Source of the DNA: Eledone cirrhosa
Taxonomy: Eukaryota
Assembly (NCBI GenBank): GCA_964016885.1
Contig: OZ024742.1
Span: 150,226,001-150,290,000 of the forward strand
Direction of reading: 5' to 3'
Length of the DNA stretch: 64,000 bases
The number at the start of each line of letters is the position of its first letter. Position 1 is the first letter of the stretch. Below, piece by piece: positions 54,880 through 64,000 of the stretch. Both the position numbers and the translations under genes were made by a program. The notes below the pieces were generated by a model. The model was not told the origin of the DNA. It made no database searches and saw only the letters and a program-made list of their open reading frames with translations.

Positions 54880-57800
54880 TTTGTTCTCGATTCAAACGAT
54901 TCAAGAACAACGTTTAAACACAGTTGTAGAATTAAAAACTAACTGAAAAGAAATATTACCCAAGCTGTGAATAACTTTAAATTTGATTCTGACAGAACTT
55001 TGTCGAAACTTTTAAAGAAGATCATCGACTATTTTGGAAAATAAATACAAAATATTAGTTAATAGACGAACTCATCATGGCAAAACGTACAAGTCTCCTT
55101 CGACCAAATCGCAACTACAACTGTTGTATACAGTGGAGCTTAACAAAGAATTATATGAAGCATACAAACAATCTGAACCCCCAAAGTTCGGTTTTATGCA
55201 AAGGCTAAAAGCTTTATGGAACACCAAACACCCAGAATTAGACTTTTCTCCAAAGCATTTAAATGAACAGGCAAAACGTATCATTAGATGTAAATTGATA
55301 CATCTAACGGAATTGAGTGATACTACAAACACAGCCCTTGTAAACAACCACCCCACCTCCACTGACAGACAAAGAGATGGCCAGCTAAATCTAACAGTGA
55401 ACAGCTCACCAACAATTTTGCTGAAATCCATCCCACTTCCACTGAAGAACAGCGAGAATGGTCAGCTAACTCTAGTAGTAATTGTCACCACATCAATAAC
55501 GAGGCTGAAATTCATGACTCTACTGTACAAGCAGAACACCAAAAACTTGTGGACACCTTACAGTGATATCGGACGATACGTTTCAAGAGATACACAGCCT
55601 TAATGTGAGTGACAGACCATACAACACCAGAATCAGTAAAGAACCCACTAAATTGGAATTGGAAGCGGTGAACGAAATAGCTGACAATTATTTGAAGGCT
55701 ATACGATCTAAAGGTGTAGAAACGACATTTGAAACGCTTAACATTTTGTTATATGTTTCAGCTGTCACATTGCTATCATATAACAAACATCTAAAACCAC
55801 ACAATCAAGATATAAACAAAAAGCCTGAATAGCGTGGATGCGAAATTTAAAAAGCAAAATTTTGTCCCTGAGACGAAGTATCTCACACATCGCAGTCGTT
55901 ATGAAATGCAACATAGAGAGCAACTTCACACGACACCAGGAAGACATAAAAAAAAAAGTTAGAGACGATTTGGAGATACAAAATTTAAAATTTTAAACTC
56001 CAAATTACACCAGTTGAAACAACAACTCACAGCTACAACAGGAAGACTAAAATATAAGTCAACAGCACATAAACGACAAATGCTAAATAGATTGTTTGCC
56101 AGAGATCCTAAATCAGTTTATCGCAGCTTCGGTGGCAAAAGCTCAATCTTTGTAAATGACACCCCTTCAAAAGAACAGGTTGAGAGCTACTGGAGATCTG
56201 TATGGGAAACGGATGACGGATTCAACAGACAAACTAATTGGCTAAAAGAACAGGAACAGGACTACTGCCAACATGTCCATACAAAACAATATGACATAGA
56301 TGGGTCAATACTGGAAACAGCTCTACAGAAAATGTCGAATAGGAAATCACCAGGCCCAGACCTCATAACAGGATACTGATTGAAAAATTTCACTTTCTAT
56401 CGGCAAGATCTCATACGGCTGTTTACAGAAACCATTAAAGGCACACAAGAACTGCCCAGATGGTTATCAACTGCCACTACTCTCCTCATTCCCCAAAATA
56501 GCCAAATCACACTTGCTAAAAATTACCGCCCAATAGCCTGCCAAAACATCATGTATAAATTATATACTGGGTGCCTTAACCTGTTCTTACAGGATCACTG
56601 TGCTACCAACAACATCATAACACCTGAGCAAGCTGGTGGAAAGAGGGAGGTGTGGGGTTGCATAGATCACCTACTAACTAATAAAATGATTCAAGAAAAA
56701 ACAACAAAGAATCGCAGAAACATGACTGTGGTGTGGCTGGACTATCAAAAAGCATTTGATAGTGTACCTCATGGGTGGATTGTTAAGGCTTTACAGTTAG
56801 CCAAAGTCCCACAACCACTGGTAGGTGCTGTCGAACGTCTGGCCAAGAACTGGTACACCAATTTGATCCTTAGAGGTGAGAAGGAACAAGTTAAGACTGA
56901 TAAGATACATTACCAGAAGGGCATCTTTCAGGGTGATAGCTTGTCAGTGCTACTCTTCGTTCTCTCACTAAATCTTACCTATTCAGGAAACAAGGTGGAC
57001 AAAGAAGTGGGTCCAGGAGTATCTCCCATCTTTTCTTTGTTGATGACCTGAAGTTGTATGGGCCAAATATCAATGACATCAAGAAACAATTGGACCTCAT
57101 TACACAATTTTCAACAAACATCAAAATGAAATTTGGTGAGTCCAAGTGTGCATATTTGGCAGTAAAACGTGGAAGAGCTGTGCCCTCCTCTAGAAATCTA
57201 GAGATGAACGGTCTGACAATACAACCTCTACAGTAGGTGACAAATACAGGTATCTTGGACGGGAAGGTGGCCGGGGTCTAAAATCCATATTAACAACATA
57301 TGAGACCCGGATAGTAACACTGAAGCAACACCTTCAACAGAGGAAAAAGGTTGGCAACCATCTTGCCCAGGTTTATGAGCATGAAAGAAAAAATATCATT
57401 AGAATAGCGACTGATCTGGAGGAGAGATATGGAATAAAGCCTGATATAAATCTCTCACCCAGAGAAATCAGAAGATCCTATTCAATGTTCAAACAAGATG
57501 AAAAAGTGACCAATTTACAGAAAAAGTTGTGCATGGATACTTGAGACGTAAAGTACAGACCATAGAGGGGATAAACCACTCAAAAAGCCTGGCATGGAGT
57601 TCCGACAAGTTTATGAAATCACACCTTGAGGGATATCTCTATGCAATACAGGAACAAGAACTCCCTACCAAATATCTGCTGCACAAAAGGGGAGGGCCAG
57701 CAGCTGACAATAAATGTAGGCTCTGTAAAACAAAGATCGAGGATGTAAGCCACATTGTTGCCAGCTACGAAAGAATGTCATTTCGCTACTACCTCCCATG

Positions 57801-58330
57801 AGACACGATGGGATAGCTAGAACCATCTGGAACGCACTTCGGAAAACAAAATTAACAACAAACGAGGAAGAATATATTGAGACAGATGGCACTAAGGAAT
57901 ACTGGTGGAACCTGAAAATAAAAACTGCTACCAAATTAAAGCACAACCGGCCTGATATTGTTGTTTGGGACCACACATTGAAAACGTGTTCTGGTGAGGA
58001 GATCATTTGCCCACTTGATGTAAACGTTGTCAGAAAAATACAGGATAAGGAGGACATCTACGGACCATTGATGAGGAGTTTACAAATCCAGTATCCAAGA
58101 TACACCTTTAGCTTCATACCCATCATTATTGGAGCTACGGGTTATATACCAATCCGCTTGGACCAAAGTATGACTGAACTTGGATTTGCGGACAAAACGC
58201 GCAGCTCCCTGATTCATAGTCTACAAATGGCTGCGATAGCTGGCACCTTCAAAATTTACAAAACATTCTTGCGATTCAAGGGAAGACAATTTCTTTTCTT
58301 TTACAACCTTGTCACCAGGAAGGTGGCCGG
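54880..58330 (+). mobile_element. Degenerate R4/Dong-like non-LTR retrotransposon (RT + CCHC + RLE)
   Basis: KSPGPD, NYRPIAC, EQAGG, WLDYQKAFDSVPH, GIFQGDSLS, SHLFFVDDLK, CRLC...E...HI, RHD, HNRPDIVVWD; stops, frameshifts and an internal deletion near 57255. Confidence 0.85.
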
Positions 58331-58367
58331 TCAAAAAAAAATACTCGAAATTAAGAGAAAGAGATAA

Positions 58368-58599
58368 CATATATACTCATACATATATATATATATACAT
58401 ACATATATATATACATATATATATATACATACATATATATATACATATATATATATACATATATATATACATATATATATATACATATATATATACATAT
58501 ATATATATACATATATATATATACATACATATATATATACATATATATATATACATATATATATATACATATATATATACATACATATATATATACATA

Positions 58600-58639
<40 letters not shown>

Positions 58640-58643
58640 CATA

Positions 58644-58731
<88 letters not shown>

Positions 58732-58817
58732 CATACATACATATATACATATATATATACATATATACATACATATATACATACATATATACATATATAT
58801 ATATACATATATACATA

Positions 58818-58891
<74 letters not shown>

Positions 58892-58942
58892 CATATATAT
58901 ATATACATACATACATATATATACATACATACATATATATAC

Positions 58943-59010
<68 letters not shown>

Positions 59011-59044
59011 ATACATACATATATATACATACACATATATATAC

Positions 59045-59079
<35 letters not shown>

Positions 59080-59176
59080 CATACAATATATATACATACA
59101 TATATACATACATATATATATACATACATATATACATACATATATATATACATACATATATATATACATATATATA
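58368..59176. repeat. (TA)n/(TACA)n compound microsatellite
   Basis: Directly visible. Confidence 0.95.
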
Positions 59177-59400
59177 TGATGGCTGCCCCCTCGTTATCGA
59201 GTATGGCCATTGCACGAGAAAAAAAAAAATTAAAATAAAATAAAATAAAATAAAATAAAATAATAATAATAAAATAATAAATAAAAAAAAAATAAAAAAA
59301 AAATATTTATATATATATTTATATATATATATATATATACATACATACATATATACATACACACATACATACACATACACTCACACATATACACACACAT

Positions 59401-59442
<42 letters not shown>

Positions 59443-59552
59443 GCAATAATAATAATAACGACAACAACAATAATAATATACATATTCATATATATATACA
59501 CACACACGCACGCACATAAGCATATCTACACACACACACACACACACACACG

Positions 59553-62500
59553 ATAGCAACTAACAGTGCTGCGATCAAATGTGGCTTTTTAGCCCAACCA
59601 ATGATCTAAAATGTCTTGCACAGAGTCGGCAACCAAAACATTCACTGGGAATAGTCGGCTGTGGTTGGAGTTCGTGTACTTTTGCATGTCGCTTGAGCCC
59701 TCCTGCTGATTTACATTCTCTACCACATGTTTGGCAAGCATGATGAGTAGCATCTCCAACAGCAGCCTGGTAGTCAACCACTGGTCTTACTTTATGACTG
59801 CGAAGATGACTTTCGAGTCCAGCTTTGCTTAGGCAGAGTCTCGCACAGACGCTGCATGTCAGTACCATAGGAGGACCCTCGCCGTCTGGAAGTGCAACAG
59901 CAATGCCCTTCCTCATGTCCCGCTTTACTTTCTCGTGTGCGATTCGAGATGCCTCAAAGGCAACTTTTCCCTCATATACAGTCTTTCTCCATTTATTAAG
60001 ATCAGCAGCAATATTTTCCCATGTATCAGCAGAGATGTTAGCGTCTTTCAGAGAGGCTTTCAAGGAATCCTTATACCTCTTTTTTGGTTTATGTGGCGGT
60101 CGTTTTCCTTTAACCAACTCTCCATAGAAGAGTTGTTTTGGTATTCTAGAATCCTTCATCCTGGCAAGGTGACCACTCCAACGGAGTCGTTGCTTAAGCA
60201 CAAGAGCTTCTATACTGTCACACATAGAGCTTTCCAAAATCTCGACATCACTGATGTGGTCCCTCCAGTGAACGCCATGGATCCGTCTGAGATACATCTG
60301 ATGGAAACGCTCCAATTGCTTAAGGTGGCGTCGATATGTGACCCAGGTCTCGCAGGCATAAAGAAGACAAGATAGTACACATGCCCTGTACACCTTTACC
60401 TTTGTCCTCCTGCATATGTCTCACCGACCCCAGAGTCGCCTTTCTAGCTTTCCGAAAGCATCACTTGCTTTCCTAATCCTAAGTGAGATTTCACTGTCAA
60501 GGTTGCCGTATCGATTGACAGTGCTTCCCAGGTAGACAAACTGATCAACCACTCCAAGTCGTTTGCCATACACATAGATGTTTGGTTCAGTGTACTGCTT
60601 ACTCGGGGCAGGTTGGTACATGACGACGGTTTTCTTGAGACTGACAGTCAAACCCAGGGCAGTGCAAGCGTCAGAAAATGCATTTAAAATGTGCTGCATA
60701 TCACTCTCTGTGTGTGCTACAAGATCGCAATCATCTGCATACAAGAGGTCTCTTATGACTGATGTAAATACTTTTGTCTTCGCAGCAAAGCGCCTGATGT
60801 TAAATATGCTGCCTGAGGTTCGATATCGGATGTAAAGACCATGCTCGCAATTCCTGAATGCAATACAGAAAACCATTGCAAAGTATATGGCAAACAGGGT
60901 CGGTGCTGGAATATCCCCCTGTTTCACTCCATTTTTTACTGAGATAGGCTCCGACATGTTACCTCCGACATTAACCCAAGCCTTCCTGTCGCCATGGAAA
61001 GACCTAACTAAAGCAAGGAACTTATCAGGGCAACCAAGTTTCTGGAGAACCTTCCATAATGCATCTCTGTTGAGAGTATCGAAAGCCTTTGTCAGATCGA
61101 CAAAAACCTGATACAGATCCAAGCCTTGTTCAATGCACTTCTCCTGGAGCTGTCTAGCTGAGAAGATCATATCAGTAGTGCCGCGTCCAGCACGAAAACC
61201 AGATTGACTTTCAGGAAGGACACAATCTGCAATGTGTGTCAGCAGACGGTCCAGAAGCACCCTACATAAAACTTTCCCTACGACAGAAAGCAATGATATA
61301 CCTCTGTAGTTCCCACAATCATTCCTGTTACCCTTTCCCTTGTACAAGACCACCATTACTGCATCTCTCCAGTCCTCAGGCACGGATTCATTAGCCCATA
61401 TCCTTCCAAACAAAGAGTGAAGATGTTGCAGGAGTCTCTCACCACCATGTTGTAGGAGCTCAGCATGTATGCCATCCATACCTGGAGATCTTCCACTGTT
61501 CAGCTTCGAAATAGCCACTGCAACCTCCACAAGCGTCGGAGGTTCTGCGAGAGCTACTTTCACAGGACTTTCCGGAATGAGATTGAGGAAATCTTCACTG
61601 ACGACAGACGGCTGATTCAAAAGATCATCAAAGTGCTCTCGCCACCTTCGTAGAATTCCCTGTGAGTCACGAAGAAGTTCTTTGCCATCCTTGCTGCGAA
61701 TCGGTGTCACCAGAGAAGAAGACGGTCCATAAACCTCACGCAAGAGACTGTACAACAGCTTTGTGTTATTGCAATCAGACGCAGTTTGTATCTCACCAGC
61801 CTTCTCACTCCACCACTGATCCTTCATCTGAGAAAGACTCCGCCTAACACGTGATTTTACATCCCTGAGCTCCTCATGCAACGTATTCCTCTCCTGTGGT
61901 TTTGCCGTCAAGTAGCGCGACAGAGCACGCCTCTTATCAGCCAACAAGTCTTCTATATGTACATCATTCTCATTAAACCAGTCCTGATGTTTTCTCTGCA
62001 TCAATCCCAGAACACGTCTGCCTACATCATAAACCGACTTTTTAAGGGTCGGCCAATCCTCACCAAGATCTGCACCCTGCATCTCTTCTCCCAATGTCCT
62101 CTTCACATTTTTATCCTTAAGATGAGCAGCATTCAATCTTTTGGGCAGGGCAACACTAGGAGCCCGGATTTTACGTTTAGTGATTAGTTTCACTTTTGCG
62201 CGTACCAGGCGGTGATCCGTCCAGCACTCAGCCCCACGAAGAACACGAATACACTGCACATCCTGTCTGTCACGCATCCTGACTAGGACGTAGTCCAAAA
62301 GATGCCATTCCTTAGATGCAGGATGCATCCATGTGGTCTTGAATTTGTTCTTTTGTTGGAACATGGTGTTGGTAACACACAGATCCAGCTCCTCACACAT
62401 CTGCAGCAGGAGCATACCATTGCTGTTACACTTCCCTACCCCATGCCTTCCGATTACATTCCATGTGTTAAAATCCCTACCCACTCTAGCATTAAAGTCA

Positions 62501-62960
62501 CCAAGCACGATGACTTTGTCTGCCTGAGGGATATTTCTTAAAACACATTTCTTAAAGGCATGGTAAAAGGACACCTTTTCCTCATCGACAGAACTCATAG
62601 TTGGAGCATACACACTCACCATGGACATAAGACGCTCACTAATCCCTACTGGGAATTCTTCTAATTTGTTCACAAGTACAGTCTTAACAGCAAATCCTAC
62701 CCCAGCCTCTCTTCTGGTTCCTTCATCTCTTCCTTTCCAGAAGAATGTATATTCTCCTTTGCAACAAGAGCGGCCATTCGTTCAGGACGCTCCAATGAAT
62801 CCCTGTCAAGCAGCGTCCGTACGTTCCAGCAGCCACGACTAAATGCCTTGTTTGGCTCTATTACAGTGGCACGATGACGAGCGGGCCCAGGCTGTGATAA
62901 CCTGGGGGCCCCAGCCCGTATTGCCAATGATCTCTTTTGTTCCAGAACCTTTATTGCCAA
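59553..62960 (-). mobile_element. Near full-length RTE-clade LINE (APE endonuclease, RT, three C-terminal C2H2 fingers)
   Basis: GCWNVRTL, VSVYAPT, LGDFNARVG, LDYVLV, TDH; SPGMDG, NYRGISLLS, FVDLTKAFD, GVKQG, LYADD, YLGS, RLRWSGH. One in-frame TGA at 60421-60423; deletions in the endonuclease; (TG)n tail. Confidence 0.92.
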
Positions 62961-63015
62961 TTATCTCTTTTATATTGTTTTAGAACATCGTTGAATTTGG
63001 AAAAAAAAAAAAAAA

Positions 63016-63059
<44 letters not shown>

Positions 63060-63084
63060 ACTATTGATAATTATTAATTAATGA

Positions 63085-64000
63085 TTTCTTTATTGGCCAC
63101 AAGGGCTGACATCAAGAAAAACATTACGGACGGTACAGGACGGTACGATGTGGGTTTTGTGCGTGTAAATATTTTTATTATTTATATAAGAAAAGAAAAA
63201 AAAGACATAGAAACATATATATATAAACAATAAAAATGAAAATTGAAACAATGAAAAATTCCCCAATAGGGGGGAAACCTCCGAGGGTTACTCGTGGCGA
63301 AAACCACACAAAAGACCACGGCCACCCTGACCACCAGGGCAAGCGCCCTCCCTCAATTTTTCCATTTCTCAAACTAGAGACGTATATTCAGAGCGGTCCC
63401 GTTCACTCGGACCATTCTCGCTACATTCACCCACCTTTCAACAAACTTGCTAGAAGGCAGCACTTGCCTCTCCACCCTGATTTTCCTCTTCAAGTGAAAC
63501 TTGAAAAAGTTAATTAGGGATTCGCCGAAGAGGAAAGTGTCTGTCTTTAACCCTTTCAACCTTGTCCACCACACAATCTCTTTCGCCACGGCCACCAGGC
63601 AGATGAAAACCGCCTGCTCTTCCTCCTCGAAGGAAGACGGCGAGACCATCTGCACAATGGACTCAGTCGATAACCGGATCAGTCCTACACGCGACAGCAA
63701 CTGTTCGACATAGCTCCACAAGTCAGCAATGCTCGGGCACTGAACGAGTGCGTACACGACGTTTTCGTCGCTCTGCGCGTATCTCGGACAGGCTCGGCTG
63801 ACGGCACTTCCGTGCCTGTAGAGCTTATCTCGAACCGGCAGCGCTCCCCTGTAGCACTGCCAGGCCAGGCCAGGGATTTTTGGAAGTTATCCATAGACCC
63901 TGGGCTGAAAGTTCTCCGGAATACAGCAAACAGCTGATCGTCTTCGACGCCCAGGATTTCTCCGAGAACGTCGTCGCTCTTCCCATCCACTAGTCCTCTA
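63085..64000 (-). mobile_element. 3' end of an L1/Tx1-like LINE (continues beyond the window)
   Basis: ALPVRDKL...CPRY.QSDENVVYALVQCP.IADLW (decayed zf-RVT CxxC..H..C), AKEIVWWTR; AATAAA just before a (TAA)n array. Confidence 0.7.

Noticed and set aside
60421-60423. In-frame TGA in the RTE ORF as programmed readthrough or selenocysteine
   Set aside because: It is most simply a CGA>TGA CpG mutation, and the element also has deletions in its endonuclease.

Overview
This is AT-rich, microsatellite-rich eukaryotic genomic DNA, probably an animal and possibly an octopod cephalopod (inferred from the SINE/RTE tail families). It is not prokaryotic, and there are no rRNA, tRNA genes or CRISPR arrays. 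One host gene can be rebuilt on the minus strand: a 3-exon, 139-aa, signal-peptide-bearing, GPI-anchored Ly6/uPAR (three-finger, Quiver/Sleepless-like) protein (CDS 29609-29552, 20244-20077, 10677-10484). Its two ~9.3-kb introns are filled with RTE, CR1 and CRE-like LINE pieces, a mariner, Helitron and hAT relics, and piggyBac-type MITEs. The most notable region is 34.6-54.3 kb, a pile-up inside (TA)n arrays. It holds a nearly intact Penelope-like retroelement (RT + C-terminal GIY-YIG, two homopolymer frameshifts, hammerhead ribozyme in its terminal repeat) and several unrelated non-coding, partially tandem elements. These include a 310-bp unit with a minimal type-I hammerhead, a 593-bp unit whose hammerhead carries the U3:A8 core covariation, and a 601-bp unit with no recognisable core. 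Further solo or degenerate hammerheads lie nearby. Together they resemble a helper-plus-retrozyme system. The right end holds R4/Dong-like, RTE (three C-terminal C2H2 fingers) and L1/Tx1-like LINEs. All (YI)n-type ORFs are microsatellite artefacts. Structures were folded by eye and family names come from recognised motifs, not database searches.
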